A DNA stretch of 61,681 nucleotides, counting the filler, from Rhabdomonas costata (lineage: Eukaryota): the NCBI GenBank assembly GCA_019059605.1. It is 19 parts of 19 records of this genome, joined end to end, with 100 filler letters (N's around TTAATTAATTAA, not from the genome) between each part and the next. Parts side by side here need not be neighbours in the genome. Positions count along the whole stretch, not along the records: positions 13,008 to 16,158 come from JAHMHO010001285.1; positions 16,259 to 19,410 come from JAHMHO010001286.1; positions 19,511 to 22,652 come from JAHMHO010001287.1; positions 22,753 to 25,900 come from JAHMHO010001288.1; 15 more parts are not named here. The stretch is one strand, 5' to 3'. Shown here piece after piece: positions 13,028-25,900 of the stretch. The notes beneath the pieces are model-generated. The model was not told where the DNA came from and did not search any database. It saw only the letters and a program-made list of their open reading frames with translations. The position numbers and the translations under genes are program-made. Position 1 is the stretch's first letter; every line of letters starts with the position of its first letter.

Positions 13028-16000
13028 GCCGGTGGGCCTGCCGGCGCGGAGAAGCTTGTGCGCCGCGAGCTGTGCCAGGTGATCACTCTGGGCACAGTCA
13101 CGGACCTGGAGATGCTCGCCGATCACCGCCCGAATTACCTTCTGGCGATTGTGGAGGAGCCCGAGGGGGGAGCCGCCGCACCCCACTTCGGGGTCTCCCT
13201 TCCGCCCCCATCCTGACTCACGGCGTCTCCCTGTGCCTGCTTTTTTTTGGTTCGGCCGCACCGCTTCCCTCATCACCGATGGTTAAGAATTGAACATCGA
13301 CATGCATTAACGGCCTCCTCTTTCCCCTCCCTCTCTCCCCCTCCTCTTCGACTAGTCCTTGAGGTGACTTCAGTGGGTTTTGGTTGCTACTGGACCTTAG
13401 CGGGTGGCAACTTTCACAATGCGCAATCCATTGGGGATGCACCACCTCCTTCTTGACTGCAAGCTATGTCCCGAGGGACTCTCGCGCTGGGTCGTGTGGG
13501 CGCCAGTGAGGTTTCCAGAGGACGTCCGGAACATCGGAGAAGGAGGGTGGTGAAAAACGGCCACGGAGGGGTGGAGTGCGGATCAAAACCCCGCCAAACC
13601 TTGAAACGAACAGATGCACGGTGCAAGTTATGTGTGTCATCAATTTGGTTTCCTCCAACGGCATGAAAACAGAGACTTTTTCGTTTTGCAGTTCGGGCTC
13701 TCTGGGGTGCCAGGGTTGCTTCCGGCATGGAGGGCTTCAAGAGGGCCCGTGTGGTATATTTTTCCCTGGTTAGGTCTGCTTTGTGGACACCGCAAGGGCG
13801 GAGTTCCACCTGGGCCGAGCTCAGGACTCCCCCTCCCACACCGCGCTGATCACTCTGCTGCACCGCACAAAGCCCAAGGTGTCTCCGGTCCGCGGTCCCC
13901 TCACCCCACCACCCGCTCCACTCTGCCACAGTGCAAACCGCACTTTTGAGCAATGAACATGACAGAAAAAAAGGGGGGGGGTATTGTTTTGTGAGGTGAG
14001 TGAAGCGGGTTCGGTTTTTGATTTCGGACAAAGAGAAGATGAAAGAATGGATGAAACCAGGAGTGAATAAGATGGAAACAGAAAAGATGTCTCTTCCACA
14101 CATGTACGCCTGGTGTTTGCACGATGGACCCTAATGGCATGTTGGGAGCTGTGGGTTGCATTATGGTGTTATAGTATTTCGCTTGCACAGGGTGCAATTG
14201 AGTATGCATCTATGTGGGTATATGTGGCAATGGGTGGTTGGGTGGTGAAAATCCCCCCAAAATATTTGTCTGTAGGAGCTGCTGCTGCTTCGCGGAGCGT
14301 TGAGCAAGGAGGTTCTTGGGGTGGTCCGCCGAGAGCTACCCGGGGGCGTGCTGGCCACTCCCGTGGAGCCCGCCGAGGATTTCTCCAGCGCCGCCGCCGT
14401 GCGCGCTGTGCTGGACTCGGGGCGGTACTTCCCCGTGGGGCAGGCCCACCCAACTGCCCTGCTGTCCTGCCGGGCCTACGACTCGGTACGATAGATACCT
14501 GATGTTCTCTTTTTATTCCTTAGCTGGCAGGCGCAGGGAATCCGCACCAATGTGAGATTTTTGTGCGAGGTTTTTGTGGGACCCATAATTCCAAGGTTAC
14601 AGAATGGTGGGGTGGCGGTGTACGTGCTGCTTCTGGAAAGGGGGTGCGGTTGGAAGGCGCCAATGTGTTGCTGTGGAAGAAAGGCGTTGTGAGGGGCCGA
14701 GGGTCACCATCATCACTGCCCTGCGCCCGTGAGAGTGGGGTAGATCGGTTGGTCGGCGACTTCAGGTGGGTTTCCTTTGGTCACCTGTGGGATTTGCTTC
14801 TCAGTGTGCGGTGTTTGATGCAACTTTTTGTGTTATGTTCGTATTTGCTTTGCTCACCTGTCTGTTGGTGGCTGCGATGGCTGGAAGGATGCGCTGGGCA
14901 GTGTCTCTGGCTGTACGATTGCCTTGAGGTGGCTTACAGTGACATCTGGAGGAGAAATCACCCCCCCTCCCCGATGCACATCTTTCACTGGTGCAGCATC
15001 CCATTTGTTTGGGGTTGAAGCGCGTGGGAGTGCGGCTCCCCGTCTGTGGCGTGTGCCCCCTCTTGGCAGGTCATGCTGGCGGTAGGTGCGGTGCTGTCCT
15101 ACTTGGGCCGGCTGAAGTTGGACCACGAGCTGGTGCCCATGGGGAACTTCGTGGAGTACAGCCCGGAGGCCGACGCCACCGCGGGACGGGCGCTGATCAT
15201 GGACGGCCTCACCCTGGCAAACTTGGAGGCAGCCTGTGACCCCTTCCCCTCAGCCCCCACGAGAGAGGCTGCACAGGCTGCAGAGGCTCTTATGCCATAA
15301 TCTGCTCATTACAATTTTTCGGGTTGAGAGGGCGAAGCACGATCTGCGCTTCCTCCTTTTTTGTAGCTGTTTTCAATGGTTTCTGCGTGAGGAATGCATG
15401 ACATCTTTATTGCCAGGTGTCCATGAGTATTTTACCCCATATGAATTTGCTCTAATTTGTAATATTCATCCACTTTGAGCTTGTTTTGTGGGCACTTTTG
15501 ATGCATGCTAGTAGTGGCATCAGCATGTTCAATACCCTGAAGCAGGATCGCACGTTCTTAGGGTCGTCAGGGACCCAGGCCACTCCCCACTTTCACGGCT
15601 TTTGGGCGGCTTCGCTTTGCTTTGCTTTAGTGTGCTTCTTCACGCTTGCGTGTGTCCTGTGTCGGGTGTGCGCTCAGGTTCTTGAGAACTCCCGGGACCA
15701 CAGTGCTGAAGGTGTGCCTCCAATGCTCTTTACGCAACGCCCCTTTCCTCCAGACCTCATTGAAGAGTCACCGTTCGGTCTCATCACTCGACATGATTGC
15801 CATCTGGTGTCGAACCTTTCCGCATGGCTGGGTTGACAGACGACCTGGACGGGCAACTCCGCTTTCAGATCAACCCAACAACCCCACGGCGAGTTCGTGT
15901 TTTTTTTGTCTGCTGTAGATTCCAATTGGAAAAAAAACAAGGCTCTCTGCTCGCTGAGCTGAACCGCTGCGTCACTCCGTTTGGGAAGAGGCTGCTGAAG

Positions 16001-16117
16001 GTGTGGCTGTGCAATCCCTTGCGGGACATCTCCGAGATCCACAACCGGCTTTCCGCAGTGGAGGTCTTCATGGCCAGCCGCGAGGTCTGCAGCCCCACCA
16101 CCACCACACTCAAGCAC
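13028..16117 (+). CDS. MSH6: DNA mismatch repair protein MSH6, partial (exons 13028-13192, 13774-13878, 14276-14485, 15070-15228, 15678-15711, 15942-~16117)
   Basis: VRRELCQVITLGT, NYLLAIVE, FG|VCFVDT, MDGLTLANLE|VLEN, GSLLAELNRCVTPFGKRLLKVWLCNPL...RLSAVE. These cover MutS domains I-III with MSH6-type motifs, and all junctions are in frame. Confidence 0.9.
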
Positions 16118-16500
16118 GTCTCGAGGCTTTCCTCTTTTCTTTTAAAGCACCCCCAAAANNNNNNNNNNNNNNNNNNNNNNNNNNNNNNNNNNNNNNNNNN
16201 NNTTAATTAATTAANNNNNNNNNNNNNNNNNNNNNNNNNNNNNNNNNNNNNNNNNNNNCCACTGTGGGGCCCTCAGCACGGTGCTTGTGATGGGTTGGGT
16301 GATTTTTCGCCTTGTTTATCGCCTCGATTTGAATTACTGTTCCAGTTTGTGTCGAAAGGGGCCATCAGATTCGGGTGACTTTTTCTGGGGTGTCGTTTAA
16401 TAATTGCTGATTTTTCTTTGCGCTGGTTTCCCAAGCATGGATTTTTTTTTTGGAAGCTGCACGATATGTCTTCGGTCATTGCTTGTCATTTTCGTCATAG

Positions 16501-18197
16501 GTGGGGCGAACGAGGCGGCACTGAGGATGCTTGAGCAGATTGGCTCGATTGACCGGATCCCGATGTACCTGGCGAAGTATGGTTGTGAATTACTAATATT
16601 GCGGATTCTTTCGTCCAATGAATTGTGAATTGATCTATCCCATTCAGATTCGATAATTTTTTCTTGAGCGATTTTGTATTGTCGTGTTTCTCCACATAGG
16701 GCCAAGGACAAGAACGACCCCTTCCGGCTGATGGGCTTTGGCCACCGAGTGTACAAGAACTTCGACCCCCGAGGGAAGATCATCAAGGAGGTGTGTCCGT
16801 GGCACTCACACTTTGGTTCGACTGTTACGTAGCGAGCGGTCTGGTCTTTGGTGGGAGGGGGGGGGCGTAAAACGATATGAGGCTGTTATACAGTATAACA
16901 GTGTTATGCGGTCATGGGGCAGTTTACGATAAACGATTTATGGCCATGCCGTTATCTTTCACGTTGGTCAGCATTGGTGGTAGGAACTTATTCCATGCTG
17001 GGCTTTAGCCAACAAAAAGGATGGGATTTGTTTAGGGGCGGAAGCCAGCCCGCGGCCGAAGCGGGCGGCTGAGGCGGGGAAGTTGTCAATTAGACCGGAC
17101 CCCGTAGCGAGTGTTCGATGCATGTGCGTTTTTCATAACATGGTCGTTGTTTTGTCTGTGCGTATTGGATGGGAATCAGTGTTTAGTGCGTCCACTTATT
17201 TCCAGTTGGTGGTGGGAAATGGGTTGCTCAGGTTTGCCACGAGGTGCTGGAGCATCTGGGGAAGAAGAACGAGCCCCTGTTTCAGCTCGCAATGGAGCTG
17301 GAGCGGATCGCGCTGGAGGCATGTGAAATTGTGTTTCGGCTTTTGCTATAATTGGTGCGTACCTGGTGAGTTATCTTGCCTGATTCTTTCTTTCTGCTGT
17401 TTTCAGGACGATTACTTTGTTGCCCGGAAGCTCTACCCCAACATCGACTTCTACTCCGGCATCCTGCTTCACGGTATGAGGAGCTGTCAGTTGTGGGTGT
17501 TGGTATTGCCAACAAGTCGGTCAGTGTGGCTGTGGATGTGCAGTATTGTCCTTTCTTTTGTCGCCTGCGTGCTTTTCTTTAGGTTGTAATGGTATCAATG
17601 CAAGAAAGTTGCGATGCATTTTTGTGTGGGTGGTGGTGGTGGTGTGTTAAACAGTCAAACCTTTCAACGCTGTTTAGCCATTTAACGGCTCACACTCCCA
17701 AACGAATCGCACCGCTTACTCAAGGATGCCTTGAGGTGAGGGCTATTGCCTTTACTTCGTTGATTTTACCATTCTCGTTTGTTTCCTTTTGTTTTTACAG
17801 CGATGGGGATCCCCGTCAAGTATGCCCCTCCTACTTGACTTTTGTTTTCATGATTCATGGCGATAGTCTCCTGTGCATCTTTATTCTGTGTTCTCAGCAT
17901 GTTTACGGTGATCTTCGCGATGTCGCGGTGTGTCGGCTGGGTCGCCCAATGGAAGGAGATGGTGGAGTCTCCGGAGTGGAAGCTCAGCAGGCCCCGCCAG
18001 GTTTGCGGGCCGCTCACATTTCTCCCGCCCCCACTTTGCTTCTTCCCGCTCACACTTTCTGTGTTTTTTCACTTTTTCGACCTTGATTTCAGATCTACAC
18101 TGGGGCGGTTAAGCGGAACTACGTCCCTCTGCGCGACCGTTTGGCGGACACGGTGGACGAGAAGGTCATGGTCCCGAAGAGCCCGATGGTGGACTGA
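16501..18197 (+). CDS. gltA: Citrate synthase, proteobacterial type II (GltA-like), C-terminal part (exons 16501-16576, 16700-16790, 17232-17318, 17407-17473, 17801-17819, 17898-18000, 18093-18197)
   Basis: [60 protein letters not shown] and RPRQIYTG, ending in TGA at 18195-18197. Includes a 19-nt exon and one GC-AG intron. Confidence 0.96.
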
Positions 18198-18582
18198 GCA
18201 TGACGGGCCGCACCAGCCGACCGTTGAGTCGCTGAGTAGCGTAGTAATTTGCTTTCTTGTGCGAAAACACATAGTAGGTCCGTCACCAGCTGTCCCTGCT
18301 TTCTGCTCAAGGCTGTAGCGGTAAATCGCCCATTTTCCACTGCGAGATAATGTTTGAGCTATCTATTCACCTTGTCCTCATAAGAGCACTTGCTCTTCCG
18401 ACTTTTTGCTGCAGCTTGTTCTGCTGGGAAAATGTGCTTGCTTGCATCCTCGTTTGTTTTTGGCTTCGATACCAATGTGTTGTTGGCTTCACGAACCAGG
18501 GTCACACTCATATCACGACGGCGCGGGTTTTTGGTGCGATTCGTTCCAGACCTGTTTTGCAAACAGAAAGAACCCAGAAACG

Positions 18583-18609
18583 ATTGGGATTGGGATTGGG
18601 ATTGGGATT
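18583..18609 (+). repeat. (GATTGG)n microsatellite
   Basis: About 4 tandem copies of GATTGG. Confidence 0.85.
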
Positions 18610-21600
18610 TTTTTGAATTACAAGAAAATGCAGGTGCATGATTTGTAGTTGGAAGTGGGGCGTTTGCCCCTCTGCAAGAGGCAACAGCAAATCGGAAAAT
18701 ATAGTTGGATGATAGACGAGATCCTCGCTTAAGTAACGGCGTCCACCGACGATGGAGTGAATGGCTTTTGCCGCTCGTGTTATGACAGGGATGAAGCAGA
18801 ATAGATAATGAGGAAGCAAGAAAATGGATGTTGTACGTGGCAGATGATGTGGAAAATGTGTAAGTGTGTGTGGTAATGACCAGAGGAGCAGATTACATGT
18901 GCCATTACAAGCATTTCCTCTGCTTGATACATCCCTCGGGAGAGTAAACCTCTGCACCACGGAGGAGCTGAATTTGCATAACACCGAAAAACGTAAAGCA
19001 AGCTTTCGTTGACCAGGGTTCGTTCAGCATCGCACCGAGAGAAGAAATCCTCCACCCAGAAGTTCCAAATTCAATTTCAATTACACACTTTCAGTTATCC
19101 ATATCAGCAGATTCGGGCTTAGCTTTATTGATTGGCGCATTGGGCATCCCGCTTCTGGCAAAGCAAGCCCTAGCTGAAAAGGTGAATGTGTCAAACCCCC
19201 TTGGCCTTTGTGTATCTGAGTTTGGATGCCCTTTCCTTCCCAAAAATTTCCCAAAAATGTGTGGAGCTCCAAGAATAATGGTTAAATCGTACGCTGTAGA
19301 CAGCTACACGAGTAACTTCGAAATGGGGTGGTCCTGTACACCGTGTACCGTCTTTTGTCAGGCATCCTTTTCTTTTAGCTCAAATAAAATGACCACCGAT
19401 AGCTTTACACNNNNNNNNNNNNNNNNNNNNNNNNNNNNNNNNNNNNNNNNNNNNTTAATTAATTAANNNNNNNNNNNNNNNNNNNNNNNNNNNNNNNNNN
19501 NNNNNNNNNNACTTTGTTCCCACACTATCAATCGCACTGAATGTCCAGCGTCAGAGTCTTCCACATAGAACAGCCGTACAAAAGAAAGATGAGGACTTTT
19601 GTGCAATATTCAAGGCACCTGTAGAAGAGTATGGGCCCGTCCTGCTCCTTTGGTGACCCATTTTTACGCCTCCGGCTCCAAAGGCTAAAGGCAGTGCTTC
19701 AAGATTTTGGGAAGCAAAACACGAGGGGGACAGAATAAGATTGCCACGGTTTATTTCCAGTGTGTGCAGAGCCCAGCCCAGGGAAGCGTAAGAATCTCAG
19801 AAAATGGGGAAAGAAAAGAAGGGCAAGCGAGTGTCAACCTGACTCTCAGGGGTACCTGAAAGGTGAAAGAAATCAAAATCAGCACAAACCTGCTAAATCC
19901 GTAACCTATTTAGAGGGACGCACGCATACGTACAACAACTTGGAGGATCGATTCCAAAACGCGGGACAGAAAAGACACCGCGATGCTGGAGCGAAGCCAC
20001 CATCCCTTTCGGAGGCCACCCAAAAACCAACGCATCAATTCATGTGTTCATTCTCCTCACCCCAAAAACAATGACGACTTTATTTCAGGTGCATAATTCC
20101 TGCACGCGTATATCCACCTACGGTGCATTTGGGTGCGAGCTGGTCAAGCGTCTACCCCACACGTTCTAGCTTCCAACAATCATGAACTCATCGGATAAAT
20201 GGACAGATGAGGCGGAGGACCTTTCATCCGGTACACGATGCACAGTTTTACATTCTCTCAGGAACTGCTCACAGAATGCCTGGCGCACTCTCCAGTACCA
20301 GCATTCTCCAAAACAATTCACGCTAGGGCATGCCACAAGGTGCACGAAATAATACCATTTGTCCACGATCGTGTGCGCAAGAGCGTGTTCACACAAAAAT
20401 GCCAAATCACACATGCACAAAACAGACCCAAACATACCACAGATAGCTCCTCGGTTATCACAGAATATCCGCAGCAGCGGATTCGGGGTGCCTGTAACCA
20501 TGATAGAAGACGAAAGGCAGCCATGCACTCCGTCCAAACTTCTAGGGGGGGGGGTCCAGCTCTGCTTATCGACTCCTTGCAGTTGCATCGAGAGCCCGCG
20601 TGGTATGGGATGAGGTAAGCGGACGCTTCCATTGCAAAACCAGAAAAACTAAATTCACGGCTCACGTGCTCAAGCTTGTGGCTATGCGTCTGTGCTCTGG
20701 CGTGAGTAACAGCACACTCACTGACCATTTTCCACCGGATGAGACCTGTTCCTCGCCTGGCTTCGATGGACGAAGGAGACAGCTGGGACGCCGGTACACC
20801 TTTTAACACCCCCAGCCCCCAAAGTGCCGCAAACCGCTCTTTGGTTGTTAGTTTTTAACTCGGTGATTGGTACCTGTGCGGGTGGTTGTGACGGCAGAGC
20901 CCGAGCCCGAGCACATGTTCAAGGGAAGGGCCCCCGATGGGGACGCCGCAACGGGACACACGACCAGCATCGGGGAGACTTGAATGGCGGAGTCCAACCC
21001 TGTCACGGGTAAAAGGGTGAAGGTCAAGGATAAAGGTCAGGGGACATGTCTTGCCAAGCAATTCCTCTGAGAAAGAAGGAACATGTCTTCTGAGGCATTC
21101 TGCGGGGGAGGGCTTCATGAAGGGAAGGATGGAGCTTTGGTGCAACTACCCAACCCGACTCGCTGTGAATCACCCCACAGCGAGGGTTCAGCAGGGTTAT
21201 TGCTGATGCCCACCGCAATTACAAGAGCACAGTAAAAAGCCACGCAGAATCATCGTATCTTTTCCAGAGCAAAGCCGGGTTGATCTGGGTATGGCAATCC
21301 GAACAAGAATATAACGAAAAAGCTTTCCCATTGCTCGAAACCGCATCACACAACACTTTCGTTCACGCGCTGGCATTCCTGTCAACTAGCACGGAAAGGA
21401 AGCAGGCGAGCGAGAACCACATAGAGGGCAAAAGCAACTGACAGCACACAGTACACGCGGCAACACACAGAGCAAAGGACCTATACCGCTTCGACGGCGG
21501 CGCCACCACAGAACCCCAAGAGTCCCCAGCACGGCGACCGCGGAAACGCCCACCGCGATACCGACGGCAATGGGGATAACCGAAGCAGCAGCAGAGCTCG

Positions 21601-24600
21601 ACCCGTCTGTATTTGCGCCACCCCGTCAATCGCAATATCGACGTGGTGGAAAAGGGAAACTGCAACCGCCACAAACTTTTACAGGGCTGCAGTGACGGAC
21701 TCTCTGTAGCGGTCGCCAGAAACACTGCTATTTACTGTGGGGGGGGGGGGTGCAATTTCATTTAAAGACGCTCCAAACCTAAAATTCACGACCCCACAAC
21801 CGTTCAAATCCAAAAATCCTGGTGTTGCATTGAAAATTTTTTGAACGTTAAAGCGTCCCAGGTTGAACTCTCTCTGGTCCAGCGATGCGGAGCCCGCGGT
21901 TGGACGGAGCGGTGACTTTGAGCCCTGTGGTTGTGTCGGTCATTGGCTCTGCGGAGACCCTTTTGGGGGAGGGCAGTGCCTCCGCCCCCGTTCCCCCTTC
22001 GATTTCTAGTGACGATTCCGAAGGAAGAACGCGGCTTCCTTTCGTTGTCGTTGTTGTTCTTTCTAATTCCAGTCATGATGGTCATTGTGATTTTCTGGGA
22101 CCCACTTTTCACCGCCACCACTCGGTGATGCAGCCCGCCGAAGGGCGGGTTTCAAACGCTTGGCTGACATTGGATTGAACTCTTTTGGAATTGGACTTTT
22201 TTGTCCCCGACAAAATCAGTCGCACGCAGGCACACTGTGCGAAAGCACAAGAGTACTTTGGGATCGGGAAAACACAGTGAGATGAAGCAGGGGGGAAAGG
22301 GAAAAAAGGGGGAGAGCTTGAGGAATGAGAGAGGAGCGGCTGAGGCAAACAGGTGGGCGAGGTGGTTGCGGGTGGGCGATTTTGAGAGGACAGGGTGGTG
22401 GTGGTGGTGGTGATACTGATATTGTGAGGGAATGGAGTACGAGTATGAATACAGGTTGGGCCTGGGTGCGTTGTCGATGCGTCCAGAGTGGAAACAAGAG
22501 TCTGCTATAAATTGGTACGTTTGCGAAGAGGGCCCAATGGAAGTTGGAGGCGGAGGGGAGTGGTAACGGTTACCACTGGTAACCGTGGCATGTGGCAACA
22601 AAAAAAACACAAAACAGAAGAACAGAAGAAACTTTTGCAAAATTAACTTGGTNNNNNNNNNNNNNNNNNNNNNNNNNNNNNNNNNNNNNNNNNNNNTTAA
22701 TTAATTAANNNNNNNNNNNNNNNNNNNNNNNNNNNNNNNNNNNNNNNNNNNNGGTTGGGGGGGGCTGGAGACATGTTTGCGAACAGTTTCTGTGCTGCTT
22801 ATTTTCCAATTAAGAGAGATGGATTTCATCCAAGTTTCTTCCGCTGTGGCGGTACCGGCGATGCGTACTCACCAATACTGCTGTCGTATCTTTTACGACT
22901 CTTCAGAAGGCGCATTGCTCGTCACCGTTCAAGCCAGAGACACTCGCGGCGCACCGTTCTGCAGTGTACGAGAGCAGTGCCGCGGCCAAGGTATGCGCGT
23001 ATATGGTCGTTTCACCTGTCCTGCATTTCCCCTTCTTGGTGTCAATTTGCTGCATTTTCTAACTGCGCAGGAAGTACAGAAAGCAGGTGGCTGTTGCGCG
23101 GCCAGCGATATTCCAGGTTGTGCTTCATGGCCTCCTCCAAGGCGTCCGCGCGGGCCAGCAGAGAAAGGTATTGATTTTTTTGTGGAACGGCTCAGAGATT
23201 TTTGCTTACTCCCCAATGCCGGTATCGCGTGTATTTTGGAAGGTAAAAGTGTTCGCCTGGATGAGAGGACTCCATTGAAAACCTTTGGCTTAAAATGTTT
23301 ATAAAGAGGTCTGTGTACCTTCTCCCACCAGATCTTCTTACATCGGGCGTCAGTGTAAATAGCGCGTCCCATCTCATCATCAGAATTTTTCAAACGAGTA
23401 AAAAACGTGTGCCCATGCACATATCTTGCCCACCTCGGTTCCAATCCAGCCCAGGCAAAGCACAAGTGCAGCACGCACGGACAATACAGATACCGGGTAT
23501 ACATTACATACCCAGTCCGGGTATACATGGTATGTGGACATATATATACATGGAATCCACTCCTCTAAGCCTGCAACCTCTGGAAGTTAAACTGCTGACT
23601 TTTCGGAAACCTTCTGAATTATCAGTGAACATTGGCATCATCAGAGCTGGAGCTTTTTCCTCGCCGGGCTTGTCTGTTCACTCACGACCTCGGGGCATCT
23701 GGTTCTGCCTACAGACTCTCCGAAGAGCTCACGAAGCGGAGGTCTTCTGTTGCCTCGGCTCAGCGTCGCCCATGCCCACAGCATCGTCTCCCTGCCTTCC
23801 CGCGAAGGCTTTGGTTGGGAAATGCCGTGACCTCACCTTGCAAAAGCCAAGCGACCCGGCAAAGTGGTGATTTTTCCTCTGCTATCTCTGTCTGTTCTGC
23901 TTTTCTTGGGTGTTGTGAAAGCCGTCTGAGAAAAAGGAGCCTGTCTCTCAAATCTCTCCCTTTCTATCTCTCCCCTTTGCCTTTCCCTTCACCATTGTCT
24001 CTCATTTTCTTCCGTGTTTCTTCCAGCTCCTTCCACTTTCCAGTCTTCCTCCACCGACCTGCACCAGTGAGCAGGAAAAAGGGTGTGTGTGTTGCAGTTC
24101 CCACTTTCAGCGGTTCATCTTTTAGACGTGCTCTTGTTGTTCTGGTAAATTACCATATATCTTGGTGCACTGCCCAATTTTGTCCTTAGTCACAGAAGAC
24201 ACCCCCACCCCAACCCCCACACACCGCCGGGCCCGCTCCTTTCTCTATCGATGGTGAGCGTCCATGTCTCTGTTGTACTAACGACGTTTTCCTGGTGTGC
24301 GTGTGCAAGCGACGCGGACAACGGCGCAGTCGCCTTTTCCTTCGTCTGGATGGAGCCATTTTGGATCTGATCTTGGGTTTTGGTTGATTTTGATCTGATC
24401 TTGTATGGAGACATCTGCGTTCGATGCGAGCATTGAGCTGGAAGCATTCCTTGTTCACTTTTCTTTGGTAACGGGTCTTTACTTTCTACTTTCTTTTGTC
24501 GGTGTCGTTCTTCTTGGTCACAAAATTTGGTTTCGATCCCCCTCTCCTCCGTGTCCGTGGCGGTCTCAGCTGCACTGCAAATCGCTGCCCTGGGATGATT

Positions 24601-25272
24601 GTGTCTTTAGCACGCTTTGTCCCCTGGCGGAAGAGAGGCTGTGGTCTGTGATTGAAACGCGCATGAATAAAGGAAACGCGACGACGTTTGGTGCCCTCCA
24701 ATCCAGTGTGGATTTAGATATTTGGCAAAGTTGGAAAATGGATGGTTTGTCCCCCGACACACATGCCCACCTGCTTGACTGAACTTGACTGATGAGAGGA
24801 GAAATTAATATGCAGTTATTGCCCCCTCCCCCCATCCACTAATTGATAACTGACGCAATCCAACTGTCGGCACGGGCACGTTATTTCACTCGCCCAACCA
24901 AGACATAGTCAACGATTGTCGCTTACCCAGTTTTTCTGCAGCCGTGGCTGCATAGGGAAAGATCTTCAAGACAGCAAAACCCAGTCTGAGCGGGTAGAAG
25001 GTTCATTTTTCAGGTGCGTCGTGAAAAGCGAGACCACGGAAGCAGTGCAGCATTCGAGTACAAAATCAACACTTCTTATCTGCGGTGTCCGTCCCTTTCG
25101 CAAGCTTTATGGATCATTCTTCATTGATGCATTTTATTATTTTGAGCAAGTCCTTTCTCTAACGCCTACTCAGCTTGCGGCAGTTGCGGTTCATACTGAC
25201 AATACCGATGAAACTTACTGCTTTCTCACAGAGTGCTTTATTGGTTATGGTTTTTTCTGTCTTTTTCCAGTG

Positions 25273-25900
25273 ATGTTGCTCAGTTTGCATTGGCCGATTA
25301 CACAACTTTTCTTGGCATTCATGGTTGCCTTGTGCCCGCGTTGGGCTCACGGTGTGGAACCATCGAACCCCGCTTCATCTTCTGCGGCACTGGCCGCCTC
25401 GCTGCTGATGGTTGGCTTCCATGGATCCACCATGACTCCTGAGCTGAGGGTTCTCATCGCGGAAGGCGTCGGTGGGGTCCTGCTCTTCCCCCGTAACATT
25501 GAAAGTCCTGCGCAGCTGTTTCGGCTTACCAGTGACTTGAAGCGGGCAGCGGGAAAGCGGCCCTTGATAATTGCCATCAACCATGAAGGGGGCCGAGTTC
25601 AGCACCTGTGGGTGGCTAAAGGGGATTTGCCACGGGACCCCTTCACCAGGATTCCCAGCATGAAACAGGTGGGAATCTGGAACTCTTCTGCCATCGCTGC
25701 CCAAATCGGCCGTGTAATGGTTGTCTGTGCTTTGGATTTTTCGCTCATTTTTGTTTGAACACACTGCTTTATGGCTTCGATGCTCCACACATTTTACTCT
25801 GTTATATTGTTTATATTTATCAAGGGGACTGAACTGCGAGCGATGAACATTGACATGAATCTCGCTCCTGTGCTGGATGTCAACACCAACCCGTCCAATC
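25273..25900 (+). CDS. Glycoside hydrolase family 3 beta-N-acetylhexosaminidase (NagZ-like) with probable signal peptide, 5' part (exons 25273-25719, 25825->25900)
   Basis: LLMVGFHG, GVGGVLLFPRNIESPAQL, PLIIAINHEGGRVQ and GTELRAMNIDMNLAPVLDVNTNPSN, preceded by a hydrophobic N-terminus. Confidence 0.9.

Noticed and set aside
19511-22652. Protein-coding gene in contig 7
   Set aside because: No ORF or exon chain with a recognisable motif was found. It may be intronic/intergenic or an unrecognised gene.
22753-24782. Candidate plus-strand exons upstream of the GH3 gene
   Set aside because: Some AG/GT-bounded segments exist, but I could not establish a consistent frame or any homology.
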